Positions 18,506-28,715 of a stretch of 53,008 nt of DNA are shown here, in pieces. The stretch is taken from the IMG/VR virus record IMGVR_UViG_3300025120_013163, positions 1 through 53,008 of that record. One strand, 5' to 3'. The number at the start of each line of letters is the position of its first letter. The first letter of the stretch is position 1. Origin of the DNA: a virus. Lineage: Duplodnaviria; Caudoviricetes. Made by a program: the position numbers and the translations under genes. A model generated the notes under the pieces. The model made no database searches. It worked only from the letters and a program-made list of their open reading frames with translations, and was not told the origin of the DNA.

Positions 18506-19319
18506 AATAGGATTTACTTGTAGTTCATTTGATCTTTTACATCCTGGACATATTTTAATGCTACAGGATTGTAAAAACCATTGTGATTATTTAATTGTAG
18601 GATTGCAAATAGATCCTACTATAGATAGGCCTACTTCTAAAAATAAACCTATTCAAACTTTAGAAGAAAGACTGTTAATGGTTAGTTCAATAAAATATGT
18701 TGATGAAGTTAGAACATATTCAACAGAAAAGGATTTAATTAAATTAATTAATAACATAAATCCAGATATTAGAATAATGGGGTCAGATTGGAAAGTTTTA
18801 AAAGATAAAATAACGGGATTTGATTTAGCTCCTATATATTTTCATAATAGAAATCACAACCATTCAACTACTAACTTAAGAAAAAGAATAGTAGACAACC
18901 AAAACCCCAAATTAAATGCTCCTGAAATACATGATAGTGTAAAAATTATAAATCCTGTAAATTTATATGGATGTAAAATAGGAAAAGATAGTTTTATAGG
19001 TCCCTTTGTTGAAATACAAAATAATGTAAAAATAGGAAATAATACAAGAATAAGTAGTCATTCATTTGTTTGTAGTAGTGTTGAAATTGGTAACAATTGT
19101 TTTATAGCCCATGGGGTTATGTTTGTAAATGATAACTTTACCGAAGAAAAGGGAAAATGGATTGAGAGAAAAACTAAAATAGGCAATAATGTAAGAATAG
19201 GAAGTAATGCAACTATTTTACCTATAAAAATAGGAAATAATGTAGTAATAGGAGCTGGTGCGGTTGTAACCAAAGATGTACCAGATAATTCAATAGTAAA
19301 AGGAAACCCAGCAAAGTAA
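18492..19319 (+). CDS. cytidylyltransferase (TagD/RfaE-like) fused to a hexapeptide-repeat acetyltransferase
   Basis: FDLLHPGH, IMGSDW, HSTT, followed by LbH repeats and GAVVTKDVP..GNPAK; start placed at ATG18492. Confidence 0.88.
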   Translation: MKHSKIGFTCSSFDLLHPGHILMLQDCKNHCDYLIVGLQIDPTIDRPTSKNKPIQTLEERLLMVSSIKYVDEVRTYSTEKDLIKLINNINPDIRIMGSDWKVLKDKITGFDLAPIYFHNRNHNHSTTNLRKRIVDNQNPKLNAPEIHDSVKIINPVNLYGCKIGKDSFIGPFVEIQNNVKIGNNTRISSHSFVCSSVEIGNNCFIAHGVMFVNDNFTEEKGKWIERKTKIGNNVRIGSNATILPIKIGNNVVIGAGAVVTKDVPDNSIVKGNPAK

Positions 19320-20101
19320 TGAAAATATCAATAATACATAATTTATATAAAATTAATCCTCATATAAATGAGTCTATACAATATAATATCCTAGCATTAG
19401 AAGAAGCTGAGATTGATTATCAATATATTCTTTTTAATGATAAAGGTGATAAAGATATATATAATGATATTAAAAATCTTTTAAATGATAAGGTTGAATA
19501 CCATTATAGCAAAGTAAATTATGGAATGGGAAAATGTAGTGGTGGTTGGATGGGTGCAATTCCATTATTAAAAGGAGATATTATACATAATACAGGACAA
19601 GATGATGTTTTTGTAGTTGATTTTTATAAAAAGGTAAAAGAAGTTTTCTCAAACCCAGAAATAATGTTCTTTAGTTGTAATGGTATAAGAACTGATGAAA
19701 ATTTAAACCAACAGGGACCTATGATTTCTCCCCAATTTCAACCCGATTATTCAAATCCCTTAGATAGATTTAAAGAGTGGTTTGGTGTACAAAATAATGA
19801 AGTAACAAGAGCTAATAATAATTTATTAGCTCCTGGAACTTTATATCGAAAAGAAATTCATAATATAATAGGTCTCCCTTCACTTGATGAATTTTTTGGG
19901 GTTGGAGATTTTGAATATTGGGCACGAATGTTATTTTTTGGGATTAAAGGGTATTATGAACCGACTCCTTTATGGTTATATAGAATATCAGACCATTCAA
20001 TAAGCCATAGTGAAAAAAGTAAAAATAAGGACCACAGACCTCCTTATTTACAAAAAATAAAAGAAAAATATATAAAACTATGGAAAGAAAAAATGCAATA
20101 A
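19319..20101 (+). CDS. glycosyltransferase family 2-like
   Basis: QDDVF, GDFEYWAR and YRIS motifs. Confidence 0.75.
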   Translation: MKISIIHNLYKINPHINESIQYNILALEEAEIDYQYILFNDKGDKDIYNDIKNLLNDKVEYHYSKVNYGMGKCSGGWMGAIPLLKGDIIHNTGQDDVFVVDFYKKVKEVFSNPEIMFFSCNGIRTDENLNQQGPMISPQFQPDYSNPLDRFKEWFGVQNNEVTRANNNLLAPGTLYRKEIHNIIGLPSLDEFFGVGDFEYWARMLFFGIKGYYEPTPLWLYRISDHSISHSEKSKNKDHRPPYLQKIKEKYIKLWKEKMQ

Positions 20102-21009
20102 TAAGTGGGGGAGCAGGTTTTATAGGAGGACATCTATCCTTAAGATTACTTAAAGAAGGTTTTAATAAAGTTTATATAATAGATAATTTAGTAAGAACTA
20201 ATAGTTTAAGAAATATATCTAAAGATAAAAAAATTGAGTTTATTTATGGTGATGTTTGTAATTTTGATTTTACTAAATTAAATAATGTAACTCATTTTTT
20301 TCACTTAGCAGCAACTAGAATTAATAGGTGTGCTACTTATAACAAAGAAGGACATGATTATATAGCATCTGGAGGGTTTAATGTAGTTAATTATTGTGCT
20401 AAAAATAATATTAAATTATTCTTTTCTAGTACAGCTAGTGTATATAATAAACCCAAACGTCAACCTATACAAGAAGATGACCCTTGTACTCCTCATACAA
20501 TATATGGAGCTGGAAAATATTATACAGAAAATTTAATTCGTAGTTATGATAATATGGTAGGTTTAGATTATACTATTAATAGATTTTTTAGTGTATATGG
20601 GGTAGGAATGGATTGTGAAGGAGCATATACTGAAGTAATATTTAATTGGTTAAATAATATAAAAAATAATAATAAAAATATAAAAGTATTTGGGAATCCG
20701 GATGAAAAAATATTAGATTTAGTTTATGTTAATGATGTTATTGATGCTATTATATTATCAACATTTAACTCTAATAAAGAAGTATTTAATGTGTCTACTC
20801 AAAATGGAGTAACATTAACAGAATTAATCAGTACAATTGAAGATGTAACTAATACTAAATTAAATATTGAAATAGTTCCTGAAAATAGAACAGATATAGA
20901 AAATAAAAGAGTTGGAGATACAACAAAATTAAAAAAACTAGGATGGGGTTCTAAATATAACCTTAAAGATGGGATTATTAATACTAATAAGTGGATAAAT
21001 AAAAAATAA
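20080..21009 (+). CDS. NAD-dependent epimerase/dehydratase
   Basis: GGAGFIG, FHLAA, SSTASVY and YGAGK motifs. Confidence 0.92.
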   Translation: MERKNAIISGGAGFIGGHLSLRLLKEGFNKVYIIDNLVRTNSLRNISKDKKIEFIYGDVCNFDFTKLNNVTHFFHLAATRINRCATYNKEGHDYIASGGFNVVNYCAKNNIKLFFSSTASVYNKPKRQPIQEDDPCTPHTIYGAGKYYTENLIRSYDNMVGLDYTINRFFSVYGVGMDCEGAYTEVIFNWLNNIKNNNKNIKVFGNPDEKILDLVYVNDVIDAIILSTFNSNKEVFNVSTQNGVTLTELISTIEDVTNTKLNIEIVPENRTDIENKRVGDTTKLKKLGWGSKYNLKDGIINTNKWINKK

Positions 21010-21010
21010 A

Positions 21011-21673
21011 ATGGAATACCAATACGTACAATATAATAAAAACCAAATAAAAAAATACGGAGACGAAAAAAAATTAAATGAATTAATAGATTTAGTAAGT
21101 GAATGTTCTACTCTTAAAGAATATAAAAAATTTCGTTCTAAGTATAAAGATAACAATTATGCTGGTGAAGGAGCGAGCAATTGGAATAACTCTAATTCTT
21201 TATGTACCCCGAAAGAATGGTTAGCAATATATAAATATGCAGATGAATATGGGAATTGGTCATCTAAAACTCAAATTTGTGGGCCTGCTTGGAAAGATAA
21301 AACAGTATTAGATTTTGGTGCTGGATCTGGTACCCCTTGGAGTGGAGATATTGATGGGGTAGACTTATATTTACTTGAAGCTAATTTAGGCATATCATCT
21401 CTTCTTAAAAAAAGATATGAATCTTTTCCAAATGTAAAAATAATAACAACTTTTAAAGAATTACCAAAAGATATTAAATTTGACTATATCTATTCAAAAA
21501 ATGTTTTGGAACATGTAAGATATTTAAATGAACATTTAGAAATATTATATTATTTAGGCAATGAAAATTGTGATTATTGGTTACAAATAGATCCAAATCC
21601 TATGGGAGGTCATGTTATGAATCTCCATGAGGATACTAAAATTAAAACTCAATTTTGGAATGATAAAAAATAA
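21011..21673 (+). CDS. class I SAM-dependent methyltransferase
   Basis: VLDFGAGSG and FDYIYSKNVLEHV motifs. Confidence 0.85.
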   Translation: MEYQYVQYNKNQIKKYGDEKKLNELIDLVSECSTLKEYKKFRSKYKDNNYAGEGASNWNNSNSLCTPKEWLAIYKYADEYGNWSSKTQICGPAWKDKTVLDFGAGSGTPWSGDIDGVDLYLLEANLGISSLLKKRYESFPNVKIITTFKELPKDIKFDYIYSKNVLEHVRYLNEHLEILYYLGNENCDYWLQIDPNPMGGHVMNLHEDTKIKTQFWNDKK

Positions 21674-22103
21674 TTGGGATAAATTAAATAATGAAGTAGG
21701 TCCTTGGAATGAGTTTAGTATAGTAAGAGGAAAAGAATATATTAAATTTGGTAATGATATATGGGTTGGATATTTTTGTTTAGTTGATGGTTCAGGGGGA
21801 TTAGAAATAGGAAATAAAGTTACACTATCTTCTGGGGTTCATGTTTACACTCATGACTCTAGTAAATTTAGAGCTTACAATTGGGAAAAAGATTCTAAAA
21901 AAGGATCTCACATAAGAATGGCACCTGTTAAAATTGGTAATAATGTACAAATAGGAGCTAATAGTATTGTAACTAAAGGAGTAACTATCGGTAGCAATGT
22001 AATAATAGGAGCTTTAACATTAGTAAATAAGGATATCCCAGATAATAGTTTTGTTACTGGTAATCCTATGGTTATAAAAAAATTAAAAAATGATAATATC
22101 TAA
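21660..22103 (+). CDS. hexapeptide-repeat O/N-acyltransferase
   Basis: LbH repeats, YTHD, VNKDIP..VTGNP; start placed at ATG21660. Confidence 0.88.
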   Translation: MIKNNWDKLNNEVGPWNEFSIVRGKEYIKFGNDIWVGYFCLVDGSGGLEIGNKVTLSSGVHVYTHDSSKFRAYNWEKDSKKGSHIRMAPVKIGNNVQIGANSIVTKGVTIGSNVIIGALTLVNKDIPDNSFVTGNPMVIKKLKNDNI

Positions 22104-23016
22104 ATGCCCCCTAAGAGTTTCATTAGTAGGAGGATCTACTGATTTACAGTCTTTTATTGATGAATATGGGTATGGACAAGTAATTAGTTTTCCTATATCT
22201 TTATACACATATATTTCTTTATCTAAAAGATATGATAAAAAATATGTAATAAATTATACTAAAAGAGAAAATGTAATTGATCCAAATAAGATAAAAAATG
22301 ATATAGCAAGGGAATTAATTAAATATTTTAAATTACCTCCATTAACAATGGCTTTTAATGCAGATATCCCATCAACTGGTAGTGGTTTAGCAGCATCTTC
22401 CTCATATATGGTTGCTGCAGTTGCTGCTGCATGTGAATTTAAAGGATTAAAATGGTCACAAGCTAAAATATGTAAAATAGCTCATGAAATAGAATTAAAT
22501 TTTAATCCCTTAACGGGTTATCAAGATACTTATGGTTGTGGTTTACCATCACCTAAACTAATGATTTTTAATGGGGATGTTGATGTAAAATTTATTGAAT
22601 TACCTTTATCTCATAAGGGAATATATTTACATAATACAGAAGTAAAAAGATCGTCAACTAATATTCTTAAAACTATTAATATTAAAAAAAGTTATCCTTT
22701 ATTAAAATTAGTAGATAAAACTTATAAATCACTTGATAATTCCAAAGAATTCTTTAAATTATTAAGTGATTCTTGGAACATTAAAAAACAAACATCAAAT
22801 GAAATATTAAATAATAAAGAATTATCTACTTTAGATAATATCTTAGATAAAGATAATATAATAATATTTCATAAATTATGTGGTGCTGGAGGTGGTGGGT
22901 ATTTTTTAATAATAACAGATGAATTAGAATACCCTGATGATTATTATCAAGTAAAATATGCAGATAAAATAAAAATTAATATAGACAATAAAGGAGTAAC
23001 AGTATGGGAGATATAA
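22090..23016 (+). CDS. GHMP sugar kinase (HddA-like heptose-7-phosphate kinase)
   Basis: PLRVSLVGGSTD, PSTGSGLAASS, GYQD and KLCGAGGGGY motifs. Confidence 0.88.
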   Translation: MIISKCPLRVSLVGGSTDLQSFIDEYGYGQVISFPISLYTYISLSKRYDKKYVINYTKRENVIDPNKIKNDIARELIKYFKLPPLTMAFNADIPSTGSGLAASSSYMVAAVAAACEFKGLKWSQAKICKIAHEIELNFNPLTGYQDTYGCGLPSPKLMIFNGDVDVKFIELPLSHKGIYLHNTEVKRSSTNILKTINIKKSYPLLKLVDKTYKSLDNSKEFFKLLSDSWNIKKQTSNEILNNKELSTLDNILDKDNIIIFHKLCGAGGGGYFLIITDELEYPDDYYQVKYADKIKINIDNKGVTVWEI

Positions 23017-23858
23017 AAATATTATTAATAGGTTGTGGTTATTGGGGGAAAAATTGGTATAAAACAATTAAAAATTCTAAATACGATTTAGTGGGTGTTG
23101 TTGATCCTTTACCTGTTATAGACGTTGATATACCGTTGTTTAATGATATAAATGACGTAAACATTAAATATACTCATGTTATTTTAGCAGTAAATGCTAA
23201 ACTTCATAGTAAAATTGTAAATCAATTAAATATCCCACAAGAAAATATTTTAGTAGAAAAACCATGTGGGATTGATATAAAAGATGCAGAATTAATTAAA
23301 GATGCATTCCCTGGATATATATTTTTATATTCAGATGAATACCAGTATATTAAAAATAATTTAAATAAAATAGGAAAACCTCAATATTGGAAAAGTATTA
23401 GAGCATCAATGGGTCCTAAAGTTAGATCTGATGTCTCTATTTTAGAAGATTATATGATTCACGATTTATATATTTATAGAGATTTATTTGGTGAGTGCAA
23501 AATAGGACAACAATCTAGTTTTAGTGAATTTAACCTACCTATAAAAAGTAGCTCTTTATATCTAGAATTAGATGGAAAAATACCTGGTCATTTCTATTCT
23601 TCTTGGAATTATCCTATAAAGGAAAGAAAAATTATTATAAAAGGAGACAAAGGAAGCTTTATATGGGAAAATGATGATTTATATTATGATAATACCCACT
23701 ATGTTGATAATGAAGTTATTGAAGGTACTTGTAAAAAAATCACAACTACTTCCAAGTCAAATTTGGATCTTGAATTAGAATTTTTTATATTGGGGGAAAA
23801 ACCAAATGTAAATATTTTAAATATTTGGTCATTAATAAATGTTATAAATAAAAAATAA
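23004..23858 (+). CDS. Gfo/Idh/MocA oxidoreductase
   Basis: IGCGYWG, LVEKP and DYMIHD motifs. Confidence 0.88.
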   Translation: MGDIKILLIGCGYWGKNWYKTIKNSKYDLVGVVDPLPVIDVDIPLFNDINDVNIKYTHVILAVNAKLHSKIVNQLNIPQENILVEKPCGIDIKDAELIKDAFPGYIFLYSDEYQYIKNNLNKIGKPQYWKSIRASMGPKVRSDVSILEDYMIHDLYIYRDLFGECKIGQQSSFSEFNLPIKSSSLYLELDGKIPGHFYSSWNYPIKERKIIIKGDKGSFIWENDDLYYDNTHYVDNEVIEGTCKKITTTSKSNLDLELEFFILGEKPNVNILNIWSLINVINKK

Positions 23859-23861
23859 ATT

Positions 23862-25007
23862 ATGAAAATACCATTAGGAAAACCTTATCTTAAAGAAGAA
23901 GCAGCATTATCAAAAATTAAAGAAGTATTAGAATCAAGATGGATTAGTGGTGGTCCTCGTATAAAGGAATTTGAAGATTGTATTCAAGAATATAATAATG
24001 ATCCTGAGGGATATTATGTAGCAGTATCTAATGGGACTGTAGCTATTGAAATGGGTTTATTAGCTATTAATGGAGGTAAAAGATTAGAATCAACTGATGA
24101 AGTTATAGTACCTTCTTGGAGTTGGGTTGCAAGTGGATTTGCAGTTAATAATGCAGGTGGAACCCCAGTTTGGTGTGATGTAAATGAATATGGTGTTCCT
24201 TATATAGAAGATATAAAATCTAGAATTACACCTAATACTAAAGCCATTATTTTAGTTCATCAAATGGGTATTCCTTGTGATTTAGATGCTTTTAAGGAGT
24301 TAGATATTCCTATTATAGAAGACTCAGCATGTGCTTTGGGTAGTGAGTATAAAGGTAAAAAAATTGGAAATAGTAATAATATAGTAACATATTCATTTCA
24401 AGCTAGAAAATGTTTAACAACAGGTGAAGGTGGAATGATAGTTGTAAGAGATAAAAATATAGCAGAATGGTTAAAATCTTATAGAGCATTTGGTACTAAT
24501 ATTTCTCCTTTAGCTAGAGATAAAGCTAAATTTTTACTTAAAGAACAATTTGATTTTATAGGTAACAATTTTAAAATGGCTGATATTCCTTGTGCTTTAG
24601 GAATATCTCAAATAAGATTTTTTGATGAAGAAATAGAATTAAGAGATGAAGCGGGTGAATATTATAATTATTTAATTAATGAACAACTACGAGGTTATGG
24701 AGTTTCTATTGGTAATGTTGTTCCTGATTATTGCACAAGATATAATTGGCAAAATTATCATTTAATTTTAGATGATAAATACAACAGAGATCAAGTTGTA
24801 GATTTATTAAGAAAAAGAAATATTGGTTGTAAGTGGGATATACAAGCAATCCATGTTGAACCTGCTTATAATGATAATACAGAATTACCCCAAACTATGA
24901 AGTATCATAATAATGGTATGTGGTTAGGATTTTATGCTGAAATAACAAGAGAAGAACAAGAATATGTTATTAGCAACTTAAAAGAGGTACTAGATGAACT
25001 TAAATAA
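23862..25007 (+). CDS. DegT/DnrJ/EryC1/StrS PLP aminotransferase
   Basis: VSNGT, IIEDSAC and SFQARKCLTTGEGG motifs. Confidence 0.93.
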   Translation: MKIPLGKPYLKEEAALSKIKEVLESRWISGGPRIKEFEDCIQEYNNDPEGYYVAVSNGTVAIEMGLLAINGGKRLESTDEVIVPSWSWVASGFAVNNAGGTPVWCDVNEYGVPYIEDIKSRITPNTKAIILVHQMGIPCDLDAFKELDIPIIEDSACALGSEYKGKKIGNSNNIVTYSFQARKCLTTGEGGMIVVRDKNIAEWLKSYRAFGTNISPLARDKAKFLLKEQFDFIGNNFKMADIPCALGISQIRFFDEEIELRDEAGEYYNYLINEQLRGYGVSIGNVVPDYCTRYNWQNYHLILDDKYNRDQVVDLLRKRNIGCKWDIQAIHVEPAYNDNTELPQTMKYHNNGMWLGFYAEITREEQEYVISNLKEVLDELK

Positions 25008-25485
25008 ATTACGATTAGAAATAAATAAGGTAACAGAAGATGTTAAAAATAGTTTATGGTATTGGATAAATAATCATAAAGAAATTATTATAATAGGAAA
25101 TGGGGGTAGTAATTCAATTGCATCTCATATATCTCAAGATTATACTAAAGTTTTAGAAAAAAAATCTTATAGTTTTTCCGATCCTTCAAGATTAACTTGT
25201 TATATAAATGATTATGGTAGAGATAAGGCATATGTAGAATTCTTAGATGATTTTACTGAAAAAGATACATTAGTTATTTTAATTTCATCATCAGGAAATT
25301 CTATGAATATAGTTAATGCCGCTAAATACTGTGAAAATAATAATATAACATATTTAGCTTTAACTGGTTTTAATAGTAATAATAAATTAAATAATATGAA
25401 CCCTATGTGGAGATGGCATGTTGACTCAAGTGATTATGGTGTGGTAGAATGTGTTCATCAAATAGTATTACACTCAATATTATAA
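24994..25485 (+). CDS. SIS-domain phosphosugar isomerase (GmhA-like)
   Basis: IGNGGS, INDYG, ISSSGNSMN and YGVVECVH motifs. Confidence 0.85.
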   Translation: MNLNKLRLEINKVTEDVKNSLWYWINNHKEIIIIGNGGSNSIASHISQDYTKVLEKKSYSFSDPSRLTCYINDYGRDKAYVEFLDDFTEKDTLVILISSSGNSMNIVNAAKYCENNNITYLALTGFNSNNKLNNMNPMWRWHVDSSDYGVVECVHQIVLHSIL

Positions 25486-25901
25486 TGGAAAAAATATATT
25501 CAAAAGTAGATGGCAGACTATTACATATTGTAAATAGACTATCAGAAATAAAAGGTAGAACTGAAATTGTACCTGAAAATAATTTTATTCAATGTGCTAC
25601 TTTAGAAATGGAAAAAGGTAAAACATTCCCACCACATAAACATATTACAAAAGATAGACATTATAAAGAACAAATTGCTCAAGAATCTTGGGTTGTAATT
25701 AAAGGAAAGGTACAATGTATATTTTATGATATAGATGATAAAATAATAGCAGAACCTATTTTAGAAGCTGGGGATGCTAGTTATACTTTATATGGAGGTC
25801 ATACCTATAAAATATTAGAAGATAATACTATTGTATATGAATATAAAACAGGTCCTTATGAAGGACAAAAATTAGATAAGACTTTTATTAATGAAAAATA
25901 A
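25485..25901 (+). CDS. cupin-fold protein (WbuC-like)
   Basis: PPHKH...QESW...GGH...EYKTGPY; start placed at ATG25485. Confidence 0.75.
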   Translation: MEKIYSKVDGRLLHIVNRLSEIKGRTEIVPENNFIQCATLEMEKGKTFPPHKHITKDRHYKEQIAQESWVVIKGKVQCIFYDIDDKIIAEPILEAGDASYTLYGGHTYKILEDNTIVYEYKTGPYEGQKLDKTFINEK

Positions 25902-26841
25902 AAAAGTAGTATTATCTTTAAGACACAGACACAATAAAAATTTAAATGATTATAGTTCAGCTATAATTTATTGGTATGGGGTTTTAGATAGATTAGGATA
26001 TGAAGTGTTATATTATGATTATGATGATTATAATATTGATGATTTATACAATACTGTAAAAGAATTTAATGCTGATTTTTTTATTCATACTAATTATTTA
26101 GTAGGAGTTCATAAAGAATTTGATAGAATAAGAGAATTGTGTAAAGTATTTCTTTTATCAAGTGATGCTTATAGATTTCATGATTCTAATTTAAAACATT
26201 GGATACCTTTTGTGGATGGGATTATTACATTTGAAGGGATAAAAGAGTGGTATTTAAGAGATGGTTTACCTGAGGAAGGATTTTTAAAAATGAAATGGGG
26301 ATTCAACCCTAATACTATGTGTACTGAAGATGTAAATAATAAATCTATTAATGTTCAACATTATGGAGGATTACATGGTGATAGAAGATCCAAAATATCC
26401 CAGTTTAATCAGTTAGGTTGTAGTATTACTCAAGAAGAATTTTTAACTCATGATGAAATGAAAAAAAATTTAGCAAAATCAAAATATTCATTATGTTTTA
26501 GTTCTAATGCTATTGGAACTAGAAATGAATTAAAAGGTAGAGTAATTGAAATCCCCTCTCAAGCTGTTTTGTTAACAGAACCAGCTCCTGATTTAGATAC
26601 TTATTTTAATGAAGATGAAATCATTACATTTAATAGTGTAGAAGAAGCTGTAAATAAAATAAATTCTATTACAGATAAGGAATATAATAATATTTTAAGA
26701 AAAGGACAAAAAGCATTATGGAATAGAAATACTGTATATCATGAATGGAATAAAATTTTACCACTAATGGATCCAGATTATAAACCAATAGATCCAATAG
26801 ATATAATTAAAAAATACCACAATGAGTACTATAAAGTTTAG
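25891..26841 (+). CDS. glycosyltransferase (CgeB/Glyco_trans_1_2-like)
   Basis: YGGLHGDR and LKGRVIEIP..AVLLTE motifs. Confidence 0.75.
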   Translation: MKNKKVVLSLRHRHNKNLNDYSSAIIYWYGVLDRLGYEVLYYDYDDYNIDDLYNTVKEFNADFFIHTNYLVGVHKEFDRIRELCKVFLLSSDAYRFHDSNLKHWIPFVDGIITFEGIKEWYLRDGLPEEGFLKMKWGFNPNTMCTEDVNNKSINVQHYGGLHGDRRSKISQFNQLGCSITQEEFLTHDEMKKNLAKSKYSLCFSSNAIGTRNELKGRVIEIPSQAVLLTEPAPDLDTYFNEDEIITFNSVEEAVNKINSITDKEYNNILRKGQKALWNRNTVYHEWNKILPLMDPDYKPIDPIDIIKKYHNEYYKV

Positions 26842-27244
26842 ACCTGTAGAGGAAAAAGATTGGAAGGATGTTTATTATCTTTTAAATCAACTAACAGAAT
26901 TATTAGGAACAATTAGAGATAAAAAAGTATGTTGGAATAGATTTGTATCAAATAATTCTAATAATGCTATTGTAGGTTTACATAATGATCAAATTATTGC
27001 TTATGGGAGTATAGTTATAGAAAATAAAATAAGAGGAGAATTAGCAGGTCATATAGAAGATATAGTTGTAGATAAAAAATTTAGAGGAAAAAATATTGGT
27101 GTAAAACTTATTAAAGAATTAGTAAAAATTGGTTATAGTAAAGAATGTTATAGAATAACATTAACTTGTGATCAATCATTAATTAATTTTTATTATAAAA
27201 ATGGTTTTAAAGTTAATAACATTGCAATGAAAAAACACTTATAA
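26822..27244 (+). CDS. GNAT acetyltransferase, glucosamine-6-phosphate N-acetyltransferase-like
   Basis: GHIEDIVVDKKFRGKNIG, CYRITLTC and FYYKNGF motifs. Confidence 0.85.
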   Translation: MSTIKFRPVEEKDWKDVYYLLNQLTELLGTIRDKKVCWNRFVSNNSNNAIVGLHNDQIIAYGSIVIENKIRGELAGHIEDIVVDKKFRGKNIGVKLIKELVKIGYSKECYRITLTCDQSLINFYYKNGFKVNNIAMKKHL

Positions 27245-28089
27245 TGAATTACGGAAGAATACATTTTGAAGGAACTCCTAGTGCTGGGTTTTTTAGTAAT
27301 TATTTTGGTGTAATGTCTACTATGTTAGATTTACATCATAATCATAAATTATTCCCCTATGTAGATAATTCGAATACTTGGTGGAATCCAACATTTAATT
27401 TTGAAACCTTAACAGCAGAAGATTTAAATATTAATCCTTGGGATTGGTGGTTTCAACAAGATAAACCTCTTAATATTAAAGAATGTCCTAATATAGAAGT
27501 TAATTATAGTAATATTTCTCATGTACCCAATCAATTTCATCAAAACCCATCATTACCCTATGCTAGAGAAATGGATTTAAAATATTGTAAATTACAATCT
27601 TATATTACACTTGAAATAAATACATTATTTGAAAGATATTTTGCAAATAAAAATATTTTAGGGGTTATGGCACGAGGTACTGAAATGTTAAAATTCCATA
27701 AAGAGTATCCAAAAGTAAATTCTAATGTGTGGGGGCATATTATCAAAGATTTTTTAAATGACCATCCTGATATTGATAATATATTTTTAGTTACAGATGA
27801 TAACGAAATATTAAACAATATTTTAGAAATAAACCCCCAAACTATTTACTTAAAAGATTTCTTTAGGAAAACAACTCAAACAGATGAAGAAATTAATAAT
27901 AAATATAAACCTTGGTGGTTAACATCTCCATCTAATGATCTTAACCATAGAAAAAGATTAGGTGAAGAATGTATAATTCAAGCAAAACTTCTCTCTAAAT
28001 GTCAATCTCTTTTAGGAACATATTCAGGGTTTACTAATGCAGCTCAATTTTTTAATCATGAGGGTTTTAAAAGTTTTTATCTTATATAA
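27244..28089 (+). CDS. NodZ/O-fucosyltransferase-like glycosyltransferase
   Basis: AGFFS, LGVMARGTE, IFLVTDD and LLSKCQSLLGTYSGF motifs. Confidence 0.75.
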   Translation: MNYGRIHFEGTPSAGFFSNYFGVMSTMLDLHHNHKLFPYVDNSNTWWNPTFNFETLTAEDLNINPWDWWFQQDKPLNIKECPNIEVNYSNISHVPNQFHQNPSLPYAREMDLKYCKLQSYITLEINTLFERYFANKNILGVMARGTEMLKFHKEYPKVNSNVWGHIIKDFLNDHPDIDNIFLVTDDNEILNNILEINPQTIYLKDFFRKTTQTDEEINNKYKPWWLTSPSNDLNHRKRLGEECIIQAKLLSKCQSLLGTYSGFTNAAQFFNHEGFKSFYLI

Positions 28090-28712
28090 TGAGTTTTGAG
28101 AGTATAAAAATATTTGAAAATAAAATAGCTGAATTTTTTGGTTCATCTTATGCTGTAGCAGTAGATTGTTGTACTCATGGGATTGAATTATGTTTAAGAC
28201 ATGAACATATAGGTTCAATTAAAGTACCTAAAAGAACTTACATATCAGTACCATTTTTAGCATCAAAGTTAAATATGACTTTTGAATTTAAGGATGAAGA
28301 TTGGAAAGATTATTATTATTTAACTGATAATATTATTGATGCAGCTGTATTATGGAAAAGGAATAGCTATATCCCTGGAACTTTCATGAATATCAGTTTT
28401 CAATTTAGAAAACACTTGGCTTTGGGTAGAGGGGGTTGTATATTGACGGATAATAAAGAAGCAGCAATTAAATTAAAGAAAATGTCATATGATGGGAGAC
28501 ATCCAGATATACCTTGGAGAGAACAAAATATAGAAATGGTAGGATATCACTATTATATGACCCCAGAAACTGCTGAATTAGGTTTAGAAAAATTACCAAA
28601 AGCAATTAAAACTAAACCAATACAATGGACAATAAATGATTGGCCTGATGTATCTAAAATGAAAGTATTTAATAGTGTAGAGGAAATAGATCCCTACTTA
28701 CAAACAAAATAA
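28089..28712 (+). CDS. short DegT-family PLP enzyme
   Basis: AVAVDCCTHG, IDAA, SFQFRKHL..GRGG and GYHYYM motifs; only 207 aa. Confidence 0.8.
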   Translation: MSFESIKIFENKIAEFFGSSYAVAVDCCTHGIELCLRHEHIGSIKVPKRTYISVPFLASKLNMTFEFKDEDWKDYYYLTDNIIDAAVLWKRNSYIPGTFMNISFQFRKHLALGRGGCILTDNKEAAIKLKKMSYDGRHPDIPWREQNIEMVGYHYYMTPETAELGLEKLPKAIKTKPIQWTINDWPDVSKMKVFNSVEEIDPYLQTK

Positions 28713-28715
28713 ACA

